From a bacterium (GTDB lineage Bacteria; Bacteroidota; Bacteroidia; Bacteroidales; WCHB1-69): a stretch of DNA of 64,000 bases. The notes below the pieces were generated by a model. That model was not told the origin of the DNA. It did no database searches and saw only the letters and a program-made list of their open reading frames with translations. Below, piece after piece: positions 30,012-41,360 of the stretch; the stretch's first letter is position 1; every line of letters begins with the position of its first letter. Position numbers and translations under genes: made by a program. The DNA is taken from the NCBI GenBank assembly GCA_963643165.1, contig CAVIJD010000008.1, positions 4,397-68,396 of the forward strand, given 5' to 3'.

Positions 30012-33000
30012 ATGAAATTCATAGACAAAATCATTCGATTCTCACTCCAGAACCGCCTGTTAGTGCTATTAGGGGCGGTGCTGGTAATGTTTGGCGGCAT
30101 CTACTCCGCCAACAAGATGGACATTGACGTCTTTCCGGACCTCACCGCCCCCACGGTGGTGGTGATGACCGATGCGCACGGCATGGCCGCCGAAGAGGTG
30201 GAACGGCTCGTCACCTTCCCCATAGAGACGGCCGTGAACGGCGCCACCAACGTGCGCCGTGTACGCTCCAACTCCACCACGGGATTCTCGTTCGTATGGG
30301 TGGAATTCGACTGGGGCATGGACATCTTCAAGGCCCGGCAGATTGTGAGCGAGAAGATGGTGTCCATAGGAGAAATGCTGCCCGAGGGCATCGCGCCCGT
30401 GTTGGCTCCGCAGTCGAGCATCATGGGCGAGATCCTGTTCATCGGCATGCAGGCCGACAGCACCTCGATGATGGACCTCCGCACCCTGGCCGAGTGGGTG
30501 GTCAAACCCACCATCCTCGCCACTGGCGGCGTGTCGCAAGTTACCGTGCTGGGCGGCGACTACAAACAGTACCACATCCTCGCCGACCCCTACCGCATGC
30601 AACGCTACGGCGTGACGATGGACGAACTGGAGGAGGTGGGCAAGAGCTTCAGCAACAACTCCGCCGGCGGCATCATCAACGACTACGGCAACGAGTACGC
30701 CCTCCGCGGCATGGCCCGCACCGCTGACATCGACGAACTGGGCAGGTCGTACCTCAAGACCCTCAACGGCTCGCCCGTGGTGCTCTCCGACGTGGCCGAT
30801 GTCACGATAGGCTCGGCACAAAAACTGGGCACGGGCTCCCGCAACGGCAAGCCCGCCATCATCATCTCCGTATCCAAACAGCCGAACATCAACACGCTGA
30901 AAGTGACCGAAAGCATCGAAAAGAACATCCAAGAGGTGCAGAAGTCGCTGCCCGCCGACGTACACATCGACACACACATCTTCCGGCAGGCCGACTTCAT
31001 CGAGGCCTCCGTCAGCAACGTGGGGCGCGCGCTGCTCGAAGGCGCCCTGTTTGTCATCATCGTGCTGTTTCTCTTCCTGGGCAACTTCCGCACCACACTG
31101 ATTTCCGTCGTGGCCATCCCGATATCGTTGTTAGGCACCATCATTGTGCTGCACCTGCTCGGCATGGACATCAACACCATGACCTTAGGCGGCATGTGCA
31201 TAGCCATAGGCTCCTTGGTTGACGACGCCATCATCGACGTGGAGAACGTCTATAAGCGGCTTCGCGAGAACCACCGCCTGCCCGAGGGCGACCGCCGTTC
31301 CACCTTTGAAGTGGTGTTTGAGGCCTCACGCGAGATCCGCGCCTCCATCATCAACGCCACCCTCATCATCATGGTGGCCTTTGTGCCCTTGTTCTTCTTG
31401 TCGGGCATGGAAGGCCGGCTGCTCATACCGCTGGGCATCACCTACATCATCGCCCTGTTCATGTCGCTGCTCGTAGCCATGACCCTCACGCCGCTGCTTT
31501 GCAAGCTGTTGCTCACCAACGAGCACTACCTGCTCAAGAACGAGCGGGAGAGCCGGCTGGCGCAATGGCTTTCGGCCCGCTACCGCAAGACGCTGGCTTG
31601 GGTGTTGGAGCACACACGCCCGATGCTCGCCGGCACCGGGATGCTGCTGGTCGGCGCCATCGTCGCCTTTTTCCTGATGGGGCGCAGTTTCCTGCCCGAC
31701 TTCAACGAGGGCTCGATGACCATCTCGGCCGTCACGCAGCCCGGGGTCTCGCTGGAGGTGAGCGACCATTTAGGCAGCCTAATGGAAGAGGCCCTGCTGG
31801 AAATCCCCGAGGTGAACAGCACGGCACGGCGCACGGGACGCGGCGACCTGGACGAACATTCGCAGTCAACCAACGGTTGTGAGATTGACGTGAACTTCAC
31901 CCTCGGCAAGCGTTCGCGCGAGGAGCTGTTCAACGATGCCCGCGAGCGGCTCAATGCCATCCCCGGCGTGGCGGTCACCATAGGGCAGCCGCTCGGCCAC
32001 CGCATCGACCACATGCTCTCGGGCACGCGCGCCGCCATCGCCATCAAGCTCTTCGGCACCGACCTGAGCCAGATGTACGCCATAGGCAACGACATCAAGC
32101 ACGCCGTTCAAGGCATTGAGGGACTTGTTGACGTGAGCGTAGAGCAGCAGACCGAGACACCGCAACTGCAAGTGCGCGCCAACCGCGACGCCCTTGCCCG
32201 CTACGGCATCCCCATTGAGGAGTTCAACCACTTCATAGAACTGGCATTCTCGGGCGAGAAAATCGCCGACATCTACGAGGGACAACGCAGCTTTGACGTA
32301 GTGTTGCGGCTGCCCGATGAGTACCGCGACATCGAGGGGGTGCGCAAAGCCCTGATTGACACTAAGGAGGGCGGCAAAGTTCCGCTCGAAGAGGTGGCGG
32401 AAGTGGTGTCTGCCGCCGGCCCCAACAACATCAGCCGCGAGAACGTGCAACGCAAACTGGTGGTTTCCGCCAACGTCTCCGGCCGTGATGTCGGCAGCGT
32501 AGTCGATGACATCCGCAAAACCGTGGACCAGCAGATCAAGTTGCCCGAGGGCTACCGCATCGAGTACGGCGGGCAGTTTGAGAGCGCGCAGCGTGCCTCC
32601 CGCACCCTGACCTTGGCGACCATCATCTCCATATTCGTGATATTCCTGCTGTTGTACGGCGAGTTCAAGAATGTGAAACTCTCCGCCATGATCCTCGTCA
32701 ACCTGCCGTTGGCCATGATCGGCGGCGTGTTTGCCGTGGCTGTCTCCTCGCAGACCGTCAGCATCCCCTCCATCATCGGGTTCATCACGCTGTTCGGCAT
32801 CGCGGTGCGCAACGGCGTGCTGTTAGTCTCGCGCTACGAGCACCTGCAACGCGACGGGATGCCCTTGCGCCAAACTGTCGTCGAGGGCTCTGTTGACCGG
32901 CTAAACCCAATCTTGATGACCGCACTCACCTCCGCGTTGGCCCTCATCCCGCTGATTTTCAACGGCGACAAGTCGGGCAACGAAATCCAAAGTCCTATGG

Positions 33001-33122
33001 CGGTGGTAGTGCTCGGCGGCCTGGTCACCTCAACGCTGCTCAACCTCTATATCATGCCTATCATGTACGAATGGTACCGGAAGAGATTCCCCCATGCGGG
33101 CAAGAGCGGCAATGCCGAATAG
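30012..33122 (+). CDS. Heavy-metal efflux RND transporter (CusA/CzcA family)
   Basis: 1036 aa; NKMDIDVFPDLTAPTVVVMTDAHGMAAEEVERLVTFPIE; GGMCIAIGSLVDDAIIDVENVYKRLREN; C-terminal RND permease motifs. Confidence 0.93.
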   Translation: MKFIDKIIRFSLQNRLLVLLGAVLVMFGGIYSANKMDIDVFPDLTAPTVVVMTDAHGMAAEEVERLVTFPIETAVNGATNVRRVRSNSTTGFSFVWVEFDWGMDIFKARQIVSEKMVSIGEMLPEGIAPVLAPQSSIMGEILFIGMQADSTSMMDLRTLAEWVVKPTILATGGVSQVTVLGGDYKQYHILADPYRMQRYGVTMDELEEVGKSFSNNSAGGIINDYGNEYALRGMARTADIDELGRSYLKTLNGSPVVLSDVADVTIGSAQKLGTGSRNGKPAIIISVSKQPNINTLKVTESIEKNIQEVQKSLPADVHIDTHIFRQADFIEASVSNVGRALLEGALFVIIVLFLFLGNFRTTLISVVAIPISLLGTIIVLHLLGMDINTMTLGGMCIAIGSLVDDAIIDVENVYKRLRENHRLPEGDRRSTFEVVFEASREIRASIINATLIIMVAFVPLFFLSGMEGRLLIPLGITYIIALFMSLLVAMTLTPLLCKLLLTNEHYLLKNERESRLAQWLSARYRKTLAWVLEHTRPMLAGTGMLLVGAIVAFFLMGRSFLPDFNEGSMTISAVTQPGVSLEVSDHLGSLMEEALLEIPEVNSTARRTGRGDLDEHSQSTNGCEIDVNFTLGKRSREELFNDARERLNAIPGVAVTIGQPLGHRIDHMLSGTRAAIAIKLFGTDLSQMYAIGNDIKHAVQGIEGLVDVSVEQQTETPQLQVRANRDALARYGIPIEEFNHFIELAFSGEKIADIYEGQRSFDVVLRLPDEYRDIEGVRKALIDTKEGGKVPLEEVAEVVSAAGPNNISRENVQRKLVVSANVSGRDVGSVVDDIRKTVDQQIKLPEGYRIEYGGQFESAQRASRTLTLATIISIFVIFLLLYGEFKNVKLSAMILVNLPLAMIGGVFAVAVSSQTVSIPSIIGFITLFGIAVRNGVLLVSRYEHLQRDGMPLRQTVVEGSVDRLNPILMTALTSALALIPLIFNGDKSGNEIQSPMAVVVLGGLVTSTLLNLYIMPIMYEWYRKRFPHAGKSGNAE

Positions 33123-33191
33123 CCATGAGGTTCTGCCGTCAACGGCGGCAGAACCTCTATTATCATTTTTTACAATATAATATCAGAGACA

Positions 33192-34376
33192 ATGACAAAA
33201 AACAAATTCATCCTCATATTAGCCTTGTTGTCCGCTTCCACCTTAGGGCAGGCGCAGAACTATGATGCCGTATTGCGCAACATTGAAGCCAACAACACCG
33301 AATTGAAAACCCTGCGCGCAAAGACCGACGCCGCAAAGACTGCCTGCCGCACAGGCATCCTGCCCGACAACCCCGAAGTGGAATTCGGGTACTTGTGGGG
33401 CTCGCCGCAGTCGGAGGGCAGCCGCATCGACTTCAACGTGACGCAGAGCCTCGACTTTCCCACCACCTACGTTTACCGCGACAAGCTGGCCGATGCCGAA
33501 GCGCAGGAAGCAGAGTTGCGCTATGCCACAGCGCACAAGGACTTGTTGGCGGAGGTGCGCCAACACTGCATCCGGCTCATCTATTGCAACATTCTGCAAA
33601 AAGAAAACGAATATCATGTAAAAACCGCCCAAGCCATTCAAGATGCCTACCAGCGGATGTATGACAATGGCGAAAAGAGCATCCTGGACCTCAACAAGGC
33701 GCGCCTCGAGTTGCTCTCTGCCCGCAAAGAGCTGGAGAACAACCGGGTAGAGCAAGAGACCTTATTGGGCGAACTGATGCAGATGAACGGCGGCCAGCCC
33801 GTCGTGTTGCCCGACACCGTCTATCCCATCGTACCCGTCACCGAGCCTTTCGACGACTGGTACAAACGCATTGAGCCGCTCAACCCGTCGCTGCAGCAAC
33901 TTGAGGCACAGCAGCATGCCAACCGGCGGCGCATACAGTTGAGCAAGTCGCTTTGGGCACCGGGGCTGTCGGTAGGCTACAAGAGCGAACGCACGCCCGG
34001 GGCGGTGCTGCAAGGCATCGGGGTCGGCATCTCGCTGCCCTTGTGGAGCAACAGCCGGAGCATAAAAAGTGCCATGGCCGAGAAAACCGCCTTGCAGTCG
34101 GAGGCCTTTGACCTGCGGACGCAGTACTACAGCAGTCTGAAGAGCAAGTACCGCGAGACAGAACGTCTGAAAGGGCTGCTGGACGAGTACCGCGCCACCC
34201 TCTCCTCGTTGAACACAGACGCCTTGCTGCTCAAAGCCTTGGAGCAGGGCGAGATCTCGCTCATCGACTACATCTTGGAACGCCGGATATACCGCGAGGC
34301 GCTGCACGAAGCCTACGACACGGAATATGCCCTGCAGAAAGCGCTCGTCGAGCTGACAGTGTATGCAGAGGAGTAA
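33192..34376 (+). CDS. TolC-family outer membrane efflux protein
   Basis: Signal peptide; coiled-coil OEP repeats; co-directional with the RND pump and adaptor. Confidence 0.85.
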   Translation: MTKNKFILILALLSASTLGQAQNYDAVLRNIEANNTELKTLRAKTDAAKTACRTGILPDNPEVEFGYLWGSPQSEGSRIDFNVTQSLDFPTTYVYRDKLADAEAQEAELRYATAHKDLLAEVRQHCIRLIYCNILQKENEYHVKTAQAIQDAYQRMYDNGEKSILDLNKARLELLSARKELENNRVEQETLLGELMQMNGGQPVVLPDTVYPIVPVTEPFDDWYKRIEPLNPSLQQLEAQQHANRRRIQLSKSLWAPGLSVGYKSERTPGAVLQGIGVGISLPLWSNSRSIKSAMAEKTALQSEAFDLRTQYYSSLKSKYRETERLKGLLDEYRATLSSLNTDALLLKALEQGEISLIDYILERRIYREALHEAYDTEYALQKALVELTVYAEE

Positions 34377-34512
34377 AAGGACATGGCTACCTAACGGACG
34401 AGCCAACTGATTGCAGCTGGAGTGTCTTAGACAGTCTCAGAATGGACCATAACCTTGTGAATTTGGAAAATGCAACAACAGGCGTAACGCCTCTAAATTC
34501 TACATACTGAAT

Positions 34513-36036
34513 TCATTTTCCTGCGGCAGCCGACACCCTTTTCCTCAATTGTATCCTCATCACGGTGCCTTTGTCGGGGGCGGAACTCTTGACAAAGAGT
34601 TTGCCTTTGTGGTATTCGCGGATGATGCGCCGGGCGAGCGTCAGACCGAGTCCCCAGCCGCGGCTCTTGGAGGTGTATCCGGGCATGAAGATGCGCTTCT
34701 GCATACGGTAAGGGATGCCCTTGCCCGTGTCGGCGATGTCAACGTTCACTTTGTCTTTCTCCTCTGTGATGCTGATGGTTATCGAGCCTTTGCCCTCCAT
34801 GGCGTCAACCGCATTCTTGCAGATATTCTCTATCACCCACTCAAAAAGGTAGCGGTTCAGCGAGAGGGTCAGATGTTCCTGCTCCGACTGCACCGTAATC
34901 TTGACCATGGATGGCACACGCGACTGCAGATAGGCCACAAACTCCTTTATCACTTCAACCAAGTCTTGCGGTTCTAACACCGGCACAGAACCAATTTTGG
35001 AAAAACGTTGCGCTATCGTTTCAAGGCGGTGTACGTCCTTGCCGATCTCGGTGGGCACCGACTGTTCTATGGGCATCTCCTTCAGCAACTCAGTCCACGC
35101 CATCAGCGACGAGATGGGCGTGCCCAATTGGTGCGCCGTCTCCTTAGACATGCCCACCCAGATGCGGTTTTGTTCCGACTTGCGCGACGTGCTGAACAGC
35201 AACCAGGCCACAATGATGAAGATGACAATGAACCCCAACTCGATAAAGGGGAACATGCGCAGCTGTTTCAGCACCGACGACTCTTCGTAATAGACATAGC
35301 AGGTGCCGTGGTCGAGCAGGTTGAGTACAATCGGGGCATTCTCGCCTTTCATCTTCTCAAGCCGTTCGGCGAGTCGCGTCGGGTCAGCGATGACGGACGA
35401 GTCGATATTGCCCGTATTGATGACATTGCGGCGCGTGCTGTCGGTGATGATGACCGGCGCGGAGGCGGAATTGATGACCGTTTCCTGGAAGAACGACTGG
35501 ATGAGATTGTCGATGACGACGTGGAGTTTGCCATAGATGGGCGACTCCTGATAGTAGAACGTCACGTACCGGTTTTCGAGGTAAGGGACGCTCTGGCTGG
35601 AATAGAGCTCGATGTCGCTGCCCATTTCGCTGATGTTCCTCATGCGGGCTATGCTGTCGGGCACATTGATGGAAGCGTCGATCGTGCCGCCCTGGCTAGT
35701 GATAATCAGCGGCACCGTCTTGTTTGACGAGATAATCTCATTATAGAAAGTGAGATCCTCATCCAGTGGCGCCTCAATGATCTTCTTCACCGTAGTGGCG
35801 AGTATTCTGGCGTGGTTGTCCTCTTCAATCTTGATAGAATTGAAGAAATGTTCGGTTTCGTTTACGATTTGCGCCTTATAGGAGATGGCGCCGGCCCATA
35901 TCTCCATCCGTTTGCGCTCCTCCTGCGCTATGTTGTTCACCAATTTGTTGGCATAGAAGATAATCACCACATACACCACGGCCGCCGATATGAAGAGCAG
36001 CCATTTGAGTTGCGTGCTATGGTCATTCCTTCTCAT
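34513..36036 (-). CDS. Membrane sensor histidine kinase
   Basis: H-box KETAHQLGTPISSLMAW; N-box ENICKNAVDAME; G-boxes DIADTGKGIPYRMQKRIF and GWGLGLTLARRI. Confidence 0.9.
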   Translation of the reverse strand: MRRNDHSTQLKWLLFISAAVVYVVIIFYANKLVNNIAQEERKRMEIWAGAISYKAQIVNETEHFFNSIKIEEDNHARILATTVKKIIEAPLDEDLTFYNEIISSNKTVPLIITSQGGTIDASINVPDSIARMRNISEMGSDIELYSSQSVPYLENRYVTFYYQESPIYGKLHVVIDNLIQSFFQETVINSASAPVIITDSTRRNVINTGNIDSSVIADPTRLAERLEKMKGENAPIVLNLLDHGTCYVYYEESSVLKQLRMFPFIELGFIVIFIIVAWLLFSTSRKSEQNRIWVGMSKETAHQLGTPISSLMAWTELLKEMPIEQSVPTEIGKDVHRLETIAQRFSKIGSVPVLEPQDLVEVIKEFVAYLQSRVPSMVKITVQSEQEHLTLSLNRYLFEWVIENICKNAVDAMEGKGSITISITEEKDKVNVDIADTGKGIPYRMQKRIFMPGYTSKSRGWGLGLTLARRIIREYHKGKLFVKSSAPDKGTVMRIQLRKRVSAAAGK

Positions 36037-36045
36037 AGCGAAGGC

Positions 36046-37026
<981 letters not shown>

Positions 37027-37041
37027 GTTTCATTTCATTTA

Positions 37042-38394
37042 TCAGGGGATCTGCCATTTCGTCACAAACGGGCACTCCCTGTACTGGTTATTCAATTTAA
37101 TATTAGTCACTTTCACTTTATCGAGCACCCATTTCTGGAGGGCGTCGTATTTTTTCTCCTCGAGGGCGGCGTTCTTTATAAGGTCATAGTCTTCCACAAT
37201 ATTGGCCTTGTGTTCAGCCACCTTCTCTTTGAGGTAGATAAGTCGGTAGGCCATCACGCCGTCGTCATTGACAAACGGCACGCACTCGGAATACTCGCCG
37301 GGAATCAGTTTGGCGACGGTAGCGTAGGTGGCGTCATCCATCGACTGTCTGTCGAAGCTGAAAGAGTTGGTATATTGGTTCACCACCATGCCGCCGCTCG
37401 TCTTCGTAGTGCCGTCGGAGAAGCGTTTGGCGGCCTCTTCGAGCCCAAGGTGCTCATTGACAATAATTTTCCTCACGCTGTCGAGATAGGTGATAGCCTT
37501 AACCTGCTCATCGGTAGAGGGTTTAGGTTGAATGAGGATATGGGCGCAATGGATAGACTCGCCGCGGCGTTCAATGAGTTGGATGATATGATAGCCGGCG
37601 CGTGTCTTCACCACTTGGGAGACCTCGCCCGACTTGAGGTTGAAGGCCACGGCCTCAAATTCGGGATAGAGGGAGCCGCGTTCCACGAAGCCGAGGTCGC
37701 CGCCCTTGGAGGCGCTGCCCGGGTCGTCGGAATAGAGGCGTGCCAGCATCGAGAACTTCTCGCCGCGGAGCACTCGCTCGCGGTAATCGTTGAGCCGCGA
37801 CTTCACCGACTCGGTTTCGGCGTCGCTCACGGGCGGGATCTTCACCACCTCGCCAAACTGGTACGAAGTGGGCACGATCGGCATGCTGTCGCTGTTCATC
37901 CGGGCGGCGAACTGCTTCACCTCGGAGGGCGTCACCGTGATGCTGCCCGTAATCTTCGACTGCACCTGCTCGATGAGGGCCTGCTCATACATCATCTCCC
38001 GCAGGTCCTTCTTAATCTCCGTCATCGACTTCTTGAAATACTCCTCAATATATTTGGTATTGCCGCCCACTTGTTGCAAAAAGTAAGAGAGGCGGGCATT
38101 GATGCGGTAGTCAATCTCCTCGTCGGTAACCTCAATGCTGTCGAGCTGGGCCTGATTGACCATCAACTTGTTGAACATCAACGTCTCAAGAATATAGCAA
38201 CGGGTGTCGTCCGGGTCTTCCACCGTGTTGAACTGCGCCGTATAGTCAAGATAATGCTTCTCGAGGTCTGACCTCATGATGATGTCCTTGCCGATAACCG
38301 CCACGATGCCGTCAACGGGCACGCCGGTTTGGGCGAACGAAACAAGGCTGAACAAAGTCAGCAGGGCCGTAGTTATATTTCTTTTCATCCTCAC
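37042..38394 (-). CDS. SurA/parvulin-type peptidylprolyl isomerase
   Basis: Signal peptide; SurA-like N-domain; parvulin motifs FSMLARLYSDDPGSASKGGDLGFVERG...GEVSQVVKTRAGYHIIQLIERRG. Confidence 0.9.
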   Translation of the reverse strand: MRMKRNITTALLTLFSLVSFAQTGVPVDGIVAVIGKDIIMRSDLEKHYLDYTAQFNTVEDPDDTRCYILETLMFNKLMVNQAQLDSIEVTDEEIDYRINARLSYFLQQVGGNTKYIEEYFKKSMTEIKKDLREMMYEQALIEQVQSKITGSITVTPSEVKQFAARMNSDSMPIVPTSYQFGEVVKIPPVSDAETESVKSRLNDYRERVLRGEKFSMLARLYSDDPGSASKGGDLGFVERGSLYPEFEAVAFNLKSGEVSQVVKTRAGYHIIQLIERRGESIHCAHILIQPKPSTDEQVKAITYLDSVRKIIVNEHLGLEEAAKRFSDGTTKTSGGMVVNQYTNSFSFDRQSMDDATYATVAKLIPGEYSECVPFVNDDGVMAYRLIYLKEKVAEHKANIVEDYDLIKNAALEEKKYDALQKWVLDKVKVTNIKLNNQYRECPFVTKWQIP

Positions 38395-38858
38395 TGTTCT
38401 AATTTAATAGCTGCTTTTCCTGTTGCGGAACGGGCAGAACCGTTTAAAAAATTGTGGGGGCGAAAATACAAAAAAAAAGAAGACAGCCGCCTTCTTTTTC
38501 TTGTGTTGATGCAATGGTTTCGTCCAACTTATTTTCTTCCAAGACTTTCGTCGGAAACGGTGAGTTTCTTTCTCCCTTTTGCTCTGCGGGCAGCCAGCAC
38601 GCGACGACCGTTTGCGGTGGACATTCTCTCTCTGAAACCATGCTTGTTTCTGCGTCTCTCGTTAGAGGGTTGATATGTTCTTTTCATCTCTACTTTTATT
38701 TATTTTTCCAACATTTTTTCAAGGCTGCAAAAGTACACTTTTTTCTGATACCTCCGACCGCAAAATAAATTTTGGTCATTAAAAATGCAAAGCGGCCTAT
38801 CTGCGATTTTTTTGCTATTATTGCTTTCCCGTTTTTAAAACCCAATAAATTAACGCGT

Positions 38859-41309
38859 ATGACCAAAAGATTTACCTTTTCAACATTAGTCATATTGTTT
38901 GCTTTCAGCAATTTAATAATCGCTCAGACCGAAAGTCCGTACAGCGGATTCAGTCCGGAGAAGGTCAAAGAAAACACGAAATACACCCGTAATTTTGCGC
39001 CCAACAACTATGATTCGAAGATTCTGTACGACTGCATGACCGAGATCCTCGACGCGGCGCGGGCGCAATACCGCTATCTGCCGGCGCTGAAACATGACAT
39101 CCGGCTGGACTCCACCGCGCAGTTCCAGGCCGACTACATGGGCTCGAAAGATGAGCGCACCGAGGAGAACCTGGCCCCTTACAAAACCATCCCCTACCGT
39201 CTGCGCAAATACGGGCTCGCGGGCAACGGGCAGGAGCTGGTGGCCAAGACGAAAGCCTATCTGGGCGAGGCCGAATACTCCTACTACGACCTCTGCCTCT
39301 CGGCGGTGCTCAACCTGCTGAAGAACGCCAAGTTAGTCGATATCCTGCTCGACCGCCAGTACTCCTACGTGGGCATCGGCTTCTGCACCGACATGATGAT
39401 GCGGAACATGTACATCTCGTTCGTGCTGGGCAACGACCGCACTTTCAACAACTACAAGCCCGCCATCGGCACCAAAGACCTGCCCTACTCCAAAGGACAG
39501 TCGGGGCTGAAGTCCTTTGACAGCAAGATCTGCAAGAAATGCGCCGCCGAAACCGGCCTTGAGACACTCTCAGAGTACTTCAGCATCAACAAAAACGGCG
39601 ATGTCTATATCACCTGCAACGACTACAAGGCCGTGAAGAAACTCATCGGCAAAGAGGGCGACGCCATTGCCCTCGACTTTGTGCAGCAAAGCCAATACGA
39701 CTGCGAGGGGTTCACCATCGACTATGACCATCCGCACCGCGGCTTCGTCACCAAACCCATCACCTTTGAGAGCATCCTCGCGAAAAACGAGAACACCAAC
39801 CTCAAGACCGGGAAACTCATCGCCAAGGTCGCCACACTCCCCGAGACCATCGAACTCAGCGCCCCCGTTGAACTGCACATCCTGATTCTGAAAGAGGGCA
39901 ACCGCGTTTGCCGCACCATCATACCTAAATATATAGAAACCAAAAATGCCGACTACACTGAGAAGGTCAACTTCATTGAAGACAAGAGCGGCAGTGTCGG
40001 CGAATGGGTGCCCGCCGCGGAGACGGACTCTTTCAGCGTCGAGTTCCCCTACACCCTCAAAAAAACCGACTACACCTGTGCCGCTTTCGACTCTGCCCTG
40101 AAAGCCATCAACGTGCCCGAATACAACATCAACCGCATCGAAATCATAGCGCACAACTCGCCCAACTATTACAAGGACGCCGTCTATCAGAAAACGCAAC
40201 AGAAACGGGCTGACTATCTGAAGAAAAACATGCAAACCCGCTACCCGGGCACGGAAATCACCGTACGTTACGACTTCTGCTGGGACCTCTTCAAAGAGAA
40301 AATAGTGAACCAGAGCGACTACTATGACCTCAGTTTCCTGACCTTAGACGAGGCCGCCCGCCAGCTCAAAGGCGACAGTTACGCGCTCAAGACCCTCGAC
40401 AGCGGCTACCTTGCGCCTTGCCGCTACTATGAAATCAAGTTCCACGTCACCTACCCCATCGGCAACAAAGAGCAGGAGCAGGCCTTCACCTTGTGGAAAT
40501 TCAACAGTGCCATAGCCAACAAGAACAAGAAACTCGCCTCCTCCATCGCGAAATACATTGCCGGCCAGGTCAGAGAGGGCAACTACACCTCTTCCACCGT
40601 ATCCCAGATGCGGATTCCCTGGACCAAAAGTTATCAGACCCTGCTGAACAACAAAATGTACATGCTCTACTATCTTGCGCCCCACATGACCAAGCAGTTG
40701 AAAGACAGCATCACGCGCGTAAGCAACCTTGACGCCACCAACCAGACCGTCTTTTTCAACACCACCGTGGCCGACGTGGCACTGAGTTCAATCAAGACAC
40801 CGGCCGACGTGGCGCAGATCCAAGCCAAGATTGACAAGCTCTACACGATGCCCACCGTCCAGAAGGCCTACGTTGACGCCCTCAACCTCGAGCACCAGTT
40901 GAACGTCATCGACTACACCGACACCGCCGCCAAGACCACCGAAACCATTGCCTTGACAACAGCCGCCTACAGCAAAGTCAAGAGTCTGCAGAACCCCCAA
41001 ATGGACACTTGGCGCAATGCCTACAAGAAAGCCTCCTATTTTGTGAAAAACCACGACTACACCTACGCCATCTCGCTGATGGAGCCTTTCCTGGACGACG
41101 AGAAAGTGTCGGAAGACTTTCTCATGTCGTACGTTTCCATTGCGGCGCACCGCGAGCAGACCTACCTGAGCCCGCTCTTCACGAAAGCCGTAACGAGAGC
41201 CTTTGAGAAGAACCCCGCGCGGCTTTGCGGCATCTTCGGCAAACTCCCCTATTGCGTCATGGAAAACGAGGAGGTGAAGAGCATCCTTTGCAAAAACTGC
41301 GACAGATAG
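38859..41309 (+). CDS. Secreted protein of unknown function, possible CAP-like N-terminal domain
   Basis: Start re-set to MTKRFTFSTLVILFAFSNLIIAQ (38859). CAP-domain call is weak (YDCMTEILDAARAQYRYLPALKHDIRLDSTAQFQADYM). Confidence 0.6.
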   Translation: MTKRFTFSTLVILFAFSNLIIAQTESPYSGFSPEKVKENTKYTRNFAPNNYDSKILYDCMTEILDAARAQYRYLPALKHDIRLDSTAQFQADYMGSKDERTEENLAPYKTIPYRLRKYGLAGNGQELVAKTKAYLGEAEYSYYDLCLSAVLNLLKNAKLVDILLDRQYSYVGIGFCTDMMMRNMYISFVLGNDRTFNNYKPAIGTKDLPYSKGQSGLKSFDSKICKKCAAETGLETLSEYFSINKNGDVYITCNDYKAVKKLIGKEGDAIALDFVQQSQYDCEGFTIDYDHPHRGFVTKPITFESILAKNENTNLKTGKLIAKVATLPETIELSAPVELHILILKEGNRVCRTIIPKYIETKNADYTEKVNFIEDKSGSVGEWVPAAETDSFSVEFPYTLKKTDYTCAAFDSALKAINVPEYNINRIEIIAHNSPNYYKDAVYQKTQQKRADYLKKNMQTRYPGTEITVRYDFCWDLFKEKIVNQSDYYDLSFLTLDEAARQLKGDSYALKTLDSGYLAPCRYYEIKFHVTYPIGNKEQEQAFTLWKFNSAIANKNKKLASSIAKYIAGQVREGNYTSSTVSQMRIPWTKSYQTLLNNKMYMLYYLAPHMTKQLKDSITRVSNLDATNQTVFFNTTVADVALSSIKTPADVAQIQAKIDKLYTMPTVQKAYVDALNLEHQLNVIDYTDTAAKTTETIALTTAAYSKVKSLQNPQMDTWRNAYKKASYFVKNHDYTYAISLMEPFLDDEKVSEDFLMSYVSIAAHREQTYLSPLFTKAVTRAFEKNPARLCGIFGKLPYCVMENEEVKSILCKNCDR

Positions 41310-41360
41310 ACACGGAGGCCACACGCTGAGACGGACGGCTTTAACTATTACGATTAGAAA

